Positions 20,700 to 30,944 of a stretch of DNA of 64,000 bases are shown in pieces. The number at the start of each line of letters is the position of its first letter. Position 1 is the first letter of the stretch. The notes below the pieces were generated by a model. It made no database searches. It saw only the letters and a list, made by a program, of their open reading frames with translations, and was not told the DNA's origin. Origin of the DNA: an uncultured Acidimicrobiales bacterium. GTDB taxonomy: Bacteria; Actinomycetota; Acidimicrobiia; Acidimicrobiales; UBA10347. The DNA lies in NCBI GenBank assembly GCA_943788915.1, contig CALSSD010000008.1, forward strand, positions 62,001 to 126,000. Direction: 5' to 3'. A program made the position numbers and the translations under genes.

Positions 20700-21719
20700 A
20701 TGCCCGACTTCTGGGCCCCGATCGGTCGTGGTGACGCGACGACAATCGGCGACCGTGCCCGCCATCTCGAAGACCGCGGTTACGCAGGAGCGATCGGCAA
20801 CCAGGTATACGGCCCGCCATGGGCGAGCATGGCGGTGGCGGCCGCGGCCACCACCTCACTCGGCCTTGAGACCGGCATCGCCATGTCGTTTGTGCGCTCG
20901 CCGTTCGAAACCGCGTGCGCTGCACTGGAGCTCGACGAGATCAGCAACGGGCGGTTCACGCTAGGCCTCGGCACTGCACCCCAGACCTGGACCGAAGACT
21001 TCTTTGGCCAGCCGTTTCAACCGCCGATCGGCCGGTTGCGCGAAGTCATCGAGATCGTGCGCATGGTGTGCGACGTAGCGGCGTCCGGTGCTGCGTCGAT
21101 CCCCGACTATCACGGCGAACATTACGACCTGTCCTTCGAGGGCCTGCATCCGAACTTCGGGCCGAACGCCCGCCGAGTACCCGTGTGGATCGCTGCACTT
21201 CGCGAACGACTGTGTGAACTCGCCGGTGAGTGCGCTGACGGGTTCATCGGACATTCCATCTGGTCGAGTTGGTGGCTTCTCGAACGAGCGCTGCCCGCCG
21301 TTCATCGTGGCGCTGCCAAGGCTGGTCGCGATCCCAACGACCTCCACGTCCAGCTGTGGCTGACCGCATCGATCGACCCAGATCCAGTCGTTGCCGCCCA
21401 ACGAGCGCGAGGCAACATGGCCTTCTATGCATCGATCCCCAGCTACCGGTCGTACTTCGCTGAACACGGCTTCGGTGACTTGTTCGACACCCTCGTCGAA
21501 GCTCGACGCTCACAACCGCTCGAGCGAGTTATCGACCTCGTGCCACTCGAGGCCGCACGCACATTCGCAGTCTGCGGCACCGCCGACGAGGTCGGCCAAG
21601 AGATCGAACGCATCGCCGAACACGCCGATTCATTGTGTGTGAAGCCGCCACTGTGGGGTATCGATCCCGGCGATTCAGCCGAGCAGGCCCGTCGCCTAGA
21701 ACATGTCCTGATGCACTGA
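20700..21719 (+). CDS. LLM class flavin/F420-dependent oxidoreductase
   Basis: LETGIAMSFVRSP, LDEISNGRFTLGLG, LAGECADG; GAGGAG RBS. Confidence 0.9.
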   Translation: MPDFWAPIGRGDATTIGDRARHLEDRGYAGAIGNQVYGPPWASMAVAAAATTSLGLETGIAMSFVRSPFETACAALELDEISNGRFTLGLGTAPQTWTEDFFGQPFQPPIGRLREVIEIVRMVCDVAASGAASIPDYHGEHYDLSFEGLHPNFGPNARRVPVWIAALRERLCELAGECADGFIGHSIWSSWWLLERALPAVHRGAAKAGRDPNDLHVQLWLTASIDPDPVVAAQRARGNMAFYASIPSYRSYFAEHGFGDLFDTLVEARRSQPLERVIDLVPLEAARTFAVCGTADEVGQEIERIAEHADSLCVKPPLWGIDPGDSAEQARRLEHVLMH

Positions 21720-21864
21720 ACGGCCGGGTCCCAACCAACTCACGCGCCCTTGACCAGCCCCAGCATCGGGACTGGACCCGTCCCGGCGGTCAGCGACGGC
21801 AGCCGCCGAGATTCGCAGTCGGGGTGTTCCGCACTACTGTTGGCTAACTGCCCAAGGAGCCGTG

Positions 21865-22911
21865 ATGACCGATCAACTCGCCACTTCTGAGTACACCAGC
21901 CCAAACGCCAGGTCGACTGCGATCGTGGCCGGCACCAGTCGCGGTGTGTTTCTGGTCACCGAAGCAGGCGCAGAGCCGGTACTCGAGTCAGGTGGCGTCC
22001 GAGACCTGTTCCAGCTTGATGGTCGTATCTTCGCCGGAACCGGCGACGGCCTGCGGACCTCCGACGACGGCGGACGATCGTGGTCAGGGCCCCAACTGGC
22101 AGGCCGCGAGGTGTGGCAGGTGCGCTCCGGTGGATCGGGTCGACTCTTCGCCGGTACCCAGCCTGCCGGTCTCTTCCGTAGCGACGACCACGGCGATTCA
22201 TGGACCGAGATCGAGTCATTCGCCCAGGTTCCCGAGGCCCAAGCTTGGTGTGTACCACTTGACCCGCCTCTCGAAGGCCGGGCCCGAGCCATCGTGGTCG
22301 ATGCAACAAACGACGACCGGATCTGGGTTGGCGTCGAAGTCGGCGGCATCGCCCGTACCACCGACGGCGGGGAAACCTGGTCGGTCGCTCTGCCCTACGA
22401 CAACCCCGACCTCCACATGCTCTACGCCCAGCCGGGCGAACCCGAGGTGATCTATGCCAGCACCGGTTACGGCCGCTTCGATCACATTGCCGAAGAACTC
22501 GAAGGCAACGCCGGTGTCCTTCGCAGCGACAACGGTGGCGAAACCTGGAACTACGCCTGGACGGGCGTGACCCCCAGGTACTCACGACCAATGTGTATTG
22601 ACCCTCGCCCGCCCCACGCTCTCACGGTCGGCAGCGCACCCACGGCGTTCTCCAATTACAAGGAAGAAGGCGGAGCGAACGCCGCACTGTTCCAAAGCCT
22701 CGACCGGGGCGAATCATGGCGATCACTCGCCGACGCTGCGCACACTCCGAGTGCCGCCAACATCCACGGGCTGACCGTCGATCCGTCGGTGGTCGGCGGC
22801 GCCCTCGTCGGCACGGACACCGGCGAGGTCTGGCGGGTCTCCCCCACCGCCGAATGGGAACTAGTGGCCGCGGATCTCCCGGCAGTGCTTTCACTGCTCA
22901 CGATCGACTAA
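21865..22911 (+). CDS. BNR/Asp-box beta-propeller protein
   Basis: Repeats of S-x-D-x-G-x-x-W (TSDDGGRSW, RSDDHGDSW, RTTDGGETW, RSDNGGETW, QSLDRGESW); AAGGAG RBS. Confidence 0.85.
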   Translation: MTDQLATSEYTSPNARSTAIVAGTSRGVFLVTEAGAEPVLESGGVRDLFQLDGRIFAGTGDGLRTSDDGGRSWSGPQLAGREVWQVRSGGSGRLFAGTQPAGLFRSDDHGDSWTEIESFAQVPEAQAWCVPLDPPLEGRARAIVVDATNDDRIWVGVEVGGIARTTDGGETWSVALPYDNPDLHMLYAQPGEPEVIYASTGYGRFDHIAEELEGNAGVLRSDNGGETWNYAWTGVTPRYSRPMCIDPRPPHALTVGSAPTAFSNYKEEGGANAALFQSLDRGESWRSLADAAHTPSAANIHGLTVDPSVVGGALVGTDTGEVWRVSPTAEWELVAADLPAVLSLLTID

Positions 22912-22919
22912 CCGCAGGT

Positions 22920-23192
22920 CTAACCCGTTGGTTCGGTATCTCGACCCTGGAGCACATGGGTCAGCTCGTGGGCGATCAATCCGTCAGGATTCAAACTCGC
23001 GGCACCTCCCACGTGGCCGATGCCAACGTCGAGCTTGATGAGACCGGGCCACACTCCGAGTGAGCCAAAACCGGCAACGTCGTCGCCACCGGTGAGCAGC
23101 TCGATCAGCAGTGCCTGTTCCTCGGGTTCGAGTGACGCTGCGAACGCGTCGACCTTGGCGGCAAAGGCTTCGGTGATCTCAGAATCAGGCAT
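22920..23192 (-). CDS. Small hypothetical protein (acidic helical N-terminus, C-terminal HELTH)
   Basis: 90-aa ORF with good codon bias, downstream of the glutaredoxin on the same strand. Confidence 0.6.
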   Translation of the reverse strand: MPDSEITEAFAAKVDAFAASLEPEEQALLIELLTGGDDVAGFGSLGVWPGLIKLDVGIGHVGGAASLNPDGLIAHELTHVLQGRDTEPTG

Positions 23193-23240
23193 GCCGTCAC
23201 GACGTTAGCCATCGCCACTCGTTACAGCCAGCCGCAACGG

Positions 23241-23510
23241 CTACCAGTCGGCCAAGGCTGCTTCCATCGCCGGGATGTCCAGGCCAACGACAAACTGATC
23301 GCCCACCTGCAGCGCTGGCGTGGTGCGAATGTCGTGAGACTCGAGCAGCTCGCCTGCCTCTTCGTCCATCATCACGTCTCGCACTACAAACGAATAGTCG
23401 CGCTCGGTGAGCCATGTCTTCATCCGTTCGCACGGCCCACAGAGTGGCGACGAGAAGACGGTCAGCGTCGGCTGTGACTGCCGTAGCGGTTGTATCGCGT
23501 CGTCGTTCAC
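23241..23510 (-). CDS. Glutaredoxin/NrdH-like protein
   Basis: VFSSPLCGPC motif, RTTP cis-Pro region, VVG; GTG start overlaps the upstream TGA stop. Confidence 0.85.
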   Translation of the reverse strand: MNDDAIQPLRQSQPTLTVFSSPLCGPCERMKTWLTERDYSFVVRDVMMDEEAGELLESHDIRTTPALQVGDQFVVGLDIPAMEAALADW

Positions 23511-24391
23511 AGTTCTCCGGCCGCCTTCTTGTCGCGATAACGCTGCTTTGCCGCCATCCAATTTTCGAGCGCTTCGCCGCTAAGAAACGGCTGATCGTCG
23601 GTGAAGATCAGTTGTTTCCACGCGTCATCGTCGCTCCAGATATCAGGGGCCTGCACGGTGGTACGGGGTGCCGTTGCGTTCTCGAACAACTGCATACCGA
23701 GCTCCAGAATCTGATGCTGATGTTCAGCATCGAAACTTCGTCCGCACGAATTACCGAGCGGGAAGTCCAGGAACACAAACCGGGCCACGCCGCAATGTTC
23801 AACAATGTCCTTGGCCGTACCGAACATGACCGTTGGGATGCCGTTCGCTTCGAGGTGTCGTGCAACCAGACTCACGGTCTGGTGACAGACCGGTCAAACC
23901 GGTGTCATCACCGCCAGGTCGACGTCGTCTTCCAGGCAGCGGCGTAACACTTCAGGAGCGTCGACTTCGGCGGTCTTGCGTTTCGAGTAGCCGGTATAGA
24001 CACCGTGATGCCGAGGCGCAAGCTCACCAATCCGGCCCCGTTCGACGAGTTCTTGCAGTCGGCTCACCGGGTAGTAGGCGTTCACATCTTCCAGGGTGGT
24101 CGCATGCTGGTCGTAGTGCTCTTGGCGCGAATACAGAAGGTCGACTGGTGTGTCGAACGGGAGCGAATACACGTTGCCGACCGAAAACTCGTTATCTCGA
24201 TCACGGCTTCCATCGGGCTTCTTCATCGCGATGTCCGACGTCGACACGATCGCGACCCGAGACTCAGACAACGGCTTGGTCAGCGGCGTAAACGGAACAT
24301 CGGTGTGATGCGCCCATTCGTACGGCTTGTCGTATCCCTGACCTATGTAATAGTCACGAGTGCGGTCGATATATCGGACAGGTGCGCTCAT
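23507..24391 (-). CDS. GrdB/PrdB-like (glycine/sarcosine/betaine/proline reductase selenoprotein B family) selenoprotein, Sec at codon 166 (UGA 23896-23894)
   Basis: Two in-frame ORFs join as ...DVDLAVMTPV-U-PVCHQTVSLVARHLEANGIPTV; family motifs PFTPLTKPLSESRVAIVSTS and DFPLGNSCG; hairpin after the UGA. Confidence 0.9.
23865..23893 (-). promoter_or_regulatory. Putative bacterial SECIS element (GrdB-like gene)
   Basis: UGA-CCGGUCUGUCA-CCAGAC-CGUGA-GUCUGG-U: perfect 6-7-bp stem 11 nt after the UGA, loop CGUGA. Confidence 0.75.
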
Positions 24392-24530
24392 CGCTCCCCC
24401 AAGCGTCGTTCACTCGCACGCTACCTAGTCCAGCGCCGATGGTCGAATCACGGATGCCGATCTTCCATTGCACCCACGTCAAATTTCATCCTGGTCGACG
24501 GCTCGGCCCACGCGGTAGTGCCTCCGTCAG

Positions 24531-25646
24531 CTAGTCAGCGAGGCCCATCACCAGTGATGCCCGTTTGACCAGGCCAGCGTCTTGATCGGCGAACGCCTGG
24601 TTGATGTCTTCGAGCGGATAGTCGTCGACGACCTCGTCGAGCGGCAGCCGGTCGGCGTTACGACTCAGGAACTCGACCGCCAATTGCAGGCTGAGCGCGT
24701 TGTAGGAACCGACGGCTTCGATCCGCTGGTTCTGTGCGGTCAGCCGACCGGGATCACAATCGAAGCTCGTGCCGGTGAAGAACACACCGATCTCCAGGTA
24801 ACGGCCACCCCAGTTCAACATCCGCAGTCCTTCGTCGATGACCGCAGCCGAGCCAACAAGCTCAGCGACAACGTCGGCACCTTCGCCGTCGGTCATGTCC
24901 CGAACGGCATTTATTCGGGCTCGTGAGTCGGTGATCTCGTTCAGGTTGATCACCTCGTCGGCACCCATCTGTTTGGCTAAGGCCAGCCGCTCAGGAATGC
25001 CATCGATAGCGATCACCTTCTCTGCGCCTCGTTCCTTGGCTACTGCGCAGGCATACACACCGAGTCCGCCGCAGCCTTGGATGACGACCCGGTCACCCAT
25101 CTCGACATTGACCCGTTCAAGACCCATGATCACTTGGGCCAGCGCACAGTTAGCACTGACGATCATGGTGTCAGTCACATTGTCGGGCACCTTGAACATG
25201 GCCTGGCCCGCATGCAGGTAGAGATAGTCCGAGAACGTCCCCCGGGTATAGGGCCACTCGGTGTGTTCACCGTTCCTGATGTTGAAGCTGGTCCTGCATG
25301 CCTCGCTCATGCCCCGCATGCAGTTGCGACATCGCCCACACGGCCGGAAGTACTGGAAGGCGATGCGGTCACCTTCTGACAGCGGGGCACCGCTCCAATC
25401 GGTCGTTACGTCAGCGCCAAGTGCATGGACCACACCGGTTGCTTCGTGGCCCAGAATGCGCCCTTCGGGTGTCACAACCTTGGCGAGGCGGCCGTCACCG
25501 CGCCACATATGTAGCTCTGACCCGCAGATGTTTGACCGAGTGATCTTCAGGGTGACGCCATCACTCTTCGGTTCGGGAATTGGGAAGTCGGCTATCTCAA
25601 ACGGTTTCCCTGGTCCGAAGAACAGTGCTGCTCGATTGACGCTCAT
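24531..25646 (-). CDS. Zinc-binding medium-chain alcohol dehydrogenase
   Basis: ICGSELH, LGHEATG, CGRCRNC...C structural Zn site, QGCGGLG; GGAGG RBS. Confidence 0.9.
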   Translation of the reverse strand: MSVNRAALFFGPGKPFEIADFPIPEPKSDGVTLKITRSNICGSELHMWRGDGRLAKVVTPEGRILGHEATGVVHALGADVTTDWSGAPLSEGDRIAFQYFRPCGRCRNCMRGMSEACRTSFNIRNGEHTEWPYTRGTFSDYLYLHAGQAMFKVPDNVTDTMIVSANCALAQVIMGLERVNVEMGDRVVIQGCGGLGVYACAVAKERGAEKVIAIDGIPERLALAKQMGADEVINLNEITDSRARINAVRDMTDGEGADVVAELVGSAAVIDEGLRMLNWGGRYLEIGVFFTGTSFDCDPGRLTAQNQRIEAVGSYNALSLQLAVEFLSRNADRLPLDEVVDDYPLEDINQAFADQDAGLVKRASLVMGLAD

Positions 25647-25841
25647 AGTTGCCTCCTGCAGAATCACGGCGAACTCGTCCTGACCGAGCCCTCAGCGAGT
25701 CTTTCATCTTCGTCCCATGCACGCCACCAAACCACAGCGAAGTCGGCTCAGCTTCAGCTCGCCGCCAACACAAAGAGCCGGCCCTCTCATGACCAAAGAG
25801 TCACGAAGTGGCCGGCACCAAGTACAGCTTGGGCGGATGGG

Positions 25842-27707
25842 CTACGGAGCGAACACCCCGGCATTGTCCAACAGCACCGCTTCGGTGAAGAGGCCGGAGT
25901 ACAGCTCATAGTCGTGGCTCTCGACGGTGTCGTCGTGATGGTCGAGACCAAAGCCAACCGAGAAGCCCAGGAAGTCGAGGGGTGCAACGAAGCTCCAGCT
26001 GTTCTCGTAGACCGAGGTGTCGACACCCGCAGTGAACTTCACCTTCGGCCGCACGGCCACGTTGAAGGCGTACTCGGGGTTCGAGACTTCCAAGCCTGAG
26101 CCACCAAACCGTGCATCACGGTCGACGGTCACGAGTTGAGCACTGCGATCATCGAACCAGGTTGTGTCGCCATCGACCACACCGGAGATGGTCGTGTTGG
26201 CACCAGCATCGATCTGTACGCCGACCCGACCATCCACGATGTCGGCACCAATACCCAAGTTGACTTCGCCGTAGATGGCACCGTTGGCGAGCTCACGTCG
26301 TAGTGGCGATTCGCCGTCTTCCCACAAGAACCAGTCATGGATGTTGCGGGTTTCGTCGCCGATGACTGGGTTGAAGTCTTGGCTGAAGTTGGTGTCGATG
26401 CTGTAGATGTCGTCGCAATCAACCGAGCCACCGAGGCCTGCAATCGATGCGGTCAGTGCACAGTCGAAGTTGAGTTCGAGCACGAACTCCTTGCCGTCGA
26501 AGTAGGCGTCGGCTGGCAGGCCGACCTTCTCGGCGGCAACGTCGAGGCTGACCGGGTCAACCGATACAGCAACAACGGTTTCGTCTGCGTTACCAGAGAC
26601 ATAGTCGACGTCGATCGAGAATGGGGCACGAACGCCGAAGCCTGCATTGAAGGTGTAGGAGAAGCTCACGAAGATGCGTGGGTGCCACGCTGCGTCCTTC
26701 TCGTAGATCCATTCGTCGCTGTAGCTGCGGTAGACGGTGTGGCCGGTCAAGAAGTACTCGGTGTCGAAGTCGAACGGTGCGACTACGGTCGATTCGCCAG
26801 CGAACACGCCGCCGGTCGGTGCCTCGAGCTGGTGGGTGTCCAAGCCCCGGAACGTGCTTGCCACGACCGGGACGTTCGGGTTCAGAGGGATGAGGCTGCC
26901 AGTGTCGGTCAGAGGCATCGTGCTCGTTCGGGTGATCGAGCGAGGGCCGCTGTTGAGCGAAAGTTCCAACAGATCGATGTCGTTGAGCCGGAGAGCGTCG
27001 TTCGCTGTGACACCGGGAACAATTTCATCACGAGGGTTCACCTTGGCAAGAAGTGATCGGACTTCGGCGATATGCACGGCAATCTCGGGGGTGATAGCAG
27101 CCGTTGTATCTACGGCGAAACACAGGTCGCCCAGCGTCTGGCGATTGGTGGTGTTCGTGCACACGCCGGGGGCCAGTTCGTAGTCGATAATGCGATCAAC
27201 TCTGAGCTGACCGCCGACGGCAGCGACCGGCTCGACGTAGGTCGGGGCTGTGACGAACAGGCCTTGCACGTCCTGGCCGAACAGATGGGCGAACTCTGGC
27301 TGCGCCGGCAGCGTGGTGGCGGCAATGAAACCGAGCGCATCAGGCTGTAACCGGGCTCGGTCATTAGCAACCGCCACCAACACTGGGGCTGCTCCCGGCT
27401 CTGACGGTGACGGTGCCGGTGCCGAGGGAGCCGACGTTGCTGTTGCGACTGGTGCCGTGCCTGTCGCCACATCGGCCGTGATGCCGTCTTCGGTGGGCGT
27501 ATGGCTGATAACCCCAGCCGCCTCAACCTGCGTGGATTGGGCGCCTGTATTCTGAACTTGCTGCTGTCCTTGTGCTGCGTTTGCGAGCAAGGGGACCGCA
27601 ATCGTGCACGATGCTGCAACCACCACCACGGCGAGTAGTTGGAGCAGAATGCGCTTCCCTCGGCCTTGTTTCCGATGTGGTGTCCTGTTGTGGGGCTGCG
27701 TCTCCAT
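25842..27707 (-). CDS. Large secreted hypothetical protein (Pro/Ala linker, beta-rich body)
   Basis: Basic N-terminus plus hydrophobic signal ending LANA-AQ; 621-aa ORF; AAGGAAAG RBS. Confidence 0.75.
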   Translation of the reverse strand: METQPHNRTPHRKQGRGKRILLQLLAVVVVAASCTIAVPLLANAAQGQQQVQNTGAQSTQVEAAGVISHTPTEDGITADVATGTAPVATATSAPSAPAPSPSEPGAAPVLVAVANDRARLQPDALGFIAATTLPAQPEFAHLFGQDVQGLFVTAPTYVEPVAAVGGQLRVDRIIDYELAPGVCTNTTNRQTLGDLCFAVDTTAAITPEIAVHIAEVRSLLAKVNPRDEIVPGVTANDALRLNDIDLLELSLNSGPRSITRTSTMPLTDTGSLIPLNPNVPVVASTFRGLDTHQLEAPTGGVFAGESTVVAPFDFDTEYFLTGHTVYRSYSDEWIYEKDAAWHPRIFVSFSYTFNAGFGVRAPFSIDVDYVSGNADETVVAVSVDPVSLDVAAEKVGLPADAYFDGKEFVLELNFDCALTASIAGLGGSVDCDDIYSIDTNFSQDFNPVIGDETRNIHDWFLWEDGESPLRRELANGAIYGEVNLGIGADIVDGRVGVQIDAGANTTISGVVDGDTTWFDDRSAQLVTVDRDARFGGSGLEVSNPEYAFNVAVRPKVKFTAGVDTSVYENSWSFVAPLDFLGFSVGFGLDHHDDTVESHDYELYSGLFTEAVLLDNAGVFAP

Positions 27708-27755
27708 GATGTCTTTCCTTCGGTGAGTTAGTGCCGCTCACATGCGGCTTCACAG

Positions 27756-27791
27756 AGGGGATTGACGGCCCGAGGCGATCTTTCACTTTTC
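27756..27791 (-). promoter_or_regulatory. Putative ECF-type promoter GAAAAGTGAAAGATCG-N14-TCCCCT
   Basis: The same 16-mer occurs at 35482-35497; here it ends about 69 nt upstream of the ATG at 27707. Confidence 0.55.
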
Positions 27792-27918
27792 TTGCAAGAT
27801 TCTTTTTGGATTGTTCCGATGACGCTGCGCTCGATGGTGAGGTCGAGGATTTCGGAACCGGCGCGCGTAATGCATCGGCCATCATCCGGTCTCGCCAGGA
27901 GCGCTGCTGGTCGTGGCC

Positions 27919-29086
27919 TCAGTTAAAGAGGTCGCCCAGGTTGTACAGCTCTACCGCATTGCCACCAAGGATCTTCGCCCGGGCGTCGTCAGGTGAGTGC
28001 ACTGGTCTGTTCGGCCAACATGCCCTGGCTATAGGGCCAGGTCGAGTCGCTGTGCGGATAGTCGTTCGCCCACATCAGTTGCTCGGGCTTCAGCAGCCCT
28101 GCTTCGGCCATACGGAACGCCGACCAATCATCTTGGAACGTGACCTTGACATGATCTTCGACGTACTCGCTGGGGCGACGCTCAAGCGTGGCGCTCTTCA
28201 GCCAGTTGCGGTGACGGTTATACGCATGATCCATCCGGTAGCTGTAATGCGGTACCCACCCGGCATCGGCCTCGACACACACGATCTTGAGATCGGGAAC
28301 CCGGTCGAACACGCCACCGAATACGAAGGTGCCAATCAGGTCCTGGTTACCTCGGATGATCGACATGAACGTGTTGAGCTTCGGGCCCCGTGGTTTGTAG
28401 TTCTCGCCGGTCAAGATATGGAAGCTCAGAACCAGGCCGAGATCGATCGCAGCCGTGTAGAAGTCATCCCACGCCGGATCGTCATAGTCAGGGCCGCCGT
28501 CGTAGGCAGGACCCGGCGTGCCGGGCAGCATCACACCCCGCAGGCCAGCGGCAGAGATGGCTTCGAGGTCGCTGATGGCTTCGGGAATTGTGCGGGCTGC
28601 GGTCTGCCCGCATCCGTACAAACGGTCCGGGGCCACGGCGCAGTACTCGGCGATCCACCGGTTGTAGGCGTCGAACATTGCCTTCTTGAGATCGATGTCG
28701 GGATGGTTGCACAACAACATGCCAACCGACGGGTAGATCACCTCGCCATCAACGCCGTCGGCTTGCTGGGCCTCAACCCGTGCGGTCGCGTCCCAACCAG
28801 CGCGGTGAAGTCCCTCGAATGGCACACCCTTCATCGACAGCTGATCCGACTGACGGCCCGCTGCTGAGTGCAGACCAAGGTGGATCTTGTAGCTCATGCC
28901 GGGCACGTGGAAACACGCGCCTTCGCCCGCTTCGTCGGTCATGAACGGGGCGCGATCACGAAACGCTGGGTCGATGTTGTCGAGGTACGTCCAGCCCGGC
29001 TCGGTGATGTGTGAGTCCGCGGAGATGATCGGTGTATCGATCGCTCGAGGAGCACTTTCGATTCGGCTATCGGTCGTTAACGCCAT
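27919..29086 (-). CDS. Amidohydrolase_2 family protein; frameshift near 27992
   Basis: ISADSHITEP, DGVDGEVIYPS, LSFHI, EADAGW, MWANDYPHSDSTWP; C-terminus KILGGNAVELYNL in another frame. Confidence 0.85.
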
Positions 29087-29261
29087 GTTGTGTCCCCAAG
29101 CGGTCGTGTTCGCAGATCAATCTTCGTCAAATCGACAGTACCTCAGCGGGTGGTACCAACTGCAAGGTGGCTCGGACGGCGAAGGAAGTCGTGACCACCG
29201 CGGCCTCCTGGTGTCGAGAACTAGTATCGATGGGCAGGACCCGCCCCAAGGAGACCTCACG

Positions 29262-29756
29262 ATGACCACCGCTGACTTCGACGCCCGACTCACCCGACTC
29301 GAGGACATCGAAGAGATCAAGCAGCTGAAGGCGCGTTATTGCGCGTACTGCGACGATGGGTACGACCCCAACGGCATCGCTGCGCTCTTCACCGAAGACG
29401 GCATCTGGGACGGCGGTCGTACCTTCGGGAAGCGGGAGGGGCGGGATGCAATCCATCGACACTTCGAGGCGGCGTCTCAACGGATCTCGATCGCCCGCCA
29501 TCAGGTGATGAACCCGATCATCACCATCGACGGTGACGAAGCGACCGCCGACTGGTTGCTGTTCCAGCCGTGCACCATTACCGGCGAAGAAGGAGAACAC
29601 GATCAGGCGCTGTGGCTTGCTGCGACCTACCACGACCAGTATCGGCGGGTCGAGGGAACGTGGATGATTTCGGCGATGGTGATCGACGTTGCGTTCTTCA
29701 CACCCTTCGACACTGGTTGGGCGAAGCAACAATTCTTGCCAGGACGCGAACCGTAA
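29262..29756 (+). CDS. SnoaL-like/NTF2 family protein (LinA/BaiE-like)
   Basis: RLEDIEEIKQLKARYCAYCD, LFTEDG, HQVMNPII, YHDQYRRVEGTW; AAGGAG RBS. Confidence 0.85.
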   Translation: MTTADFDARLTRLEDIEEIKQLKARYCAYCDDGYDPNGIAALFTEDGIWDGGRTFGKREGRDAIHRHFEAASQRISIARHQVMNPIITIDGDEATADWLLFQPCTITGEEGEHDQALWLAATYHDQYRRVEGTWMISAMVIDVAFFTPFDTGWAKQQFLPGREP

Positions 29757-29832
29757 CGCTCCGCCACTAGTGGTGCGTGGGCTTCCACGTGTCAGGCTGA
29801 TGACAAGGCACATGCGACACGGAACATGAGAC

Positions 29833-30327
29833 GTGATGGAGGCAACGGTGAGCGAAGCAGACAACCAGATGGCCAAGGCCCTTGAGACACTGCAAGGTCG
29901 AATCGGGGACTCAACACCGCCAACCGATTGGATGGAAATTACCCAAGACCGGATCAATGATTTCGCCGACGTGACCATGGACCATCAATGGATCCACATC
30001 GACGTTGCACGCGCCAATGACGGTCCGTTTGGCCAGCCGATTGCACATGGCCACTTGACACTGTCGATCATGGGACATCTCCCCCGCACCGAACCGGTTC
30101 CGGGCGTAGCGCTCGACGGGCAGAAGTTGGCTATCAACTACGGGTTCGACAAGGTCCGATTTCCCTCACCAGTTCCGGTTGGCGCGTTGATCCGCTCCAT
30201 CAGCACGCTCAAGCGTGCCGAGATCAAAGGCGGGATGATCGAAGTCATGAACGAGGTCGTCGTTGAAGTACAGGGGCAAGAGAAACCAGCCGTGGTTGCC
30301 GAGAGTTTGGGCCGTTTGGTCTTCTAG
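29833..30327 (+). CDS. MaoC family dehydratase; start uncertain
   Basis: ITQDRINDFADVTMDHQWIHID, IAHGHLTLS, NYGFDKVRFPSPVPVG. Confidence 0.9.
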   Translation: MMEATVSEADNQMAKALETLQGRIGDSTPPTDWMEITQDRINDFADVTMDHQWIHIDVARANDGPFGQPIAHGHLTLSIMGHLPRTEPVPGVALDGQKLAINYGFDKVRFPSPVPVGALIRSISTLKRAEIKGGMIEVMNEVVVEVQGQEKPAVVAESLGRLVF

Positions 30328-30422
30328 CCGAGATGGCTCTGGTGCGGTTTGACAACGCGGTCAGATGGCTGGGCCCGGAGTTCATCAGCGAGAGAGGCCC
30401 TACTTGTGCGTAACCTGGGTAC

Positions 30423-30944
30423 ATGCTGAAACGCGTCAGGAGTGTTCATACCGTCCTGGCCATCACCCTTTGCGCTGCACTGGTGGTCAGCTGCGGGTCA
30501 GATCCCGATGAGGCCGTCAATCCGGTGGCCGAAACCTACATCCTGGTGATCGACTGGGTGCTCGCCGAACCACAGTTCGCCATCGAGGTAGAACCAGACG
30601 AGCTACCCGTCGTATTTGTCGAGAGCCTCGGTCCAGCCGACATCGAACTGGTTGTGCAAGTCGCGGTCGTCGGTCATTTCATAGATACGGCCGACATCCA
30701 TTTCATCGACAGTCGAATCGAAGCGCTCGAAGAGATCGAAGGAGCGCCAGTACGCGACGGCGGACTCCTCGTTGGGCTCGGCGGGGTGGCAGTAGATGGG
30801 TCGGCAGATGTCCGGGGCGAGATCTACCGAACCCCGGAAAGTATCGTCGGTTACCACTTCCCAATCGACCGAACGGGCCGAAAACCAGTGATGACCCAAC
30901 CGCCCACTCAGGTGGAACCCGAGGGCCTGGTCACCGATCAATGA
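30423..30944 (+). CDS. Hypothetical lipoprotein
   Basis: Lipobox-like LVVSC; TAACCT-6nt-ATG start. Confidence 0.7.
   Translation: MLKRVRSVHTVLAITLCAALVVSCGSDPDEAVNPVAETYILVIDWVLAEPQFAIEVEPDELPVVFVESLGPADIELVVQVAVVGHFIDTADIHFIDSRIEALEEIEGAPVRDGGLLVGLGGVAVDGSADVRGEIYRTPESIVGYHFPIDRTGRKPVMTQPPTQVEPEGLVTDQ

Noticed and set aside
27989..27991. TGA ending the amidohydrolase ORF as a third selenocysteine codon
   Set aside because: The conserved C-terminus (KILGGNA..LY) is in a different frame, so this is a frameshift; there is no Cys-type context.
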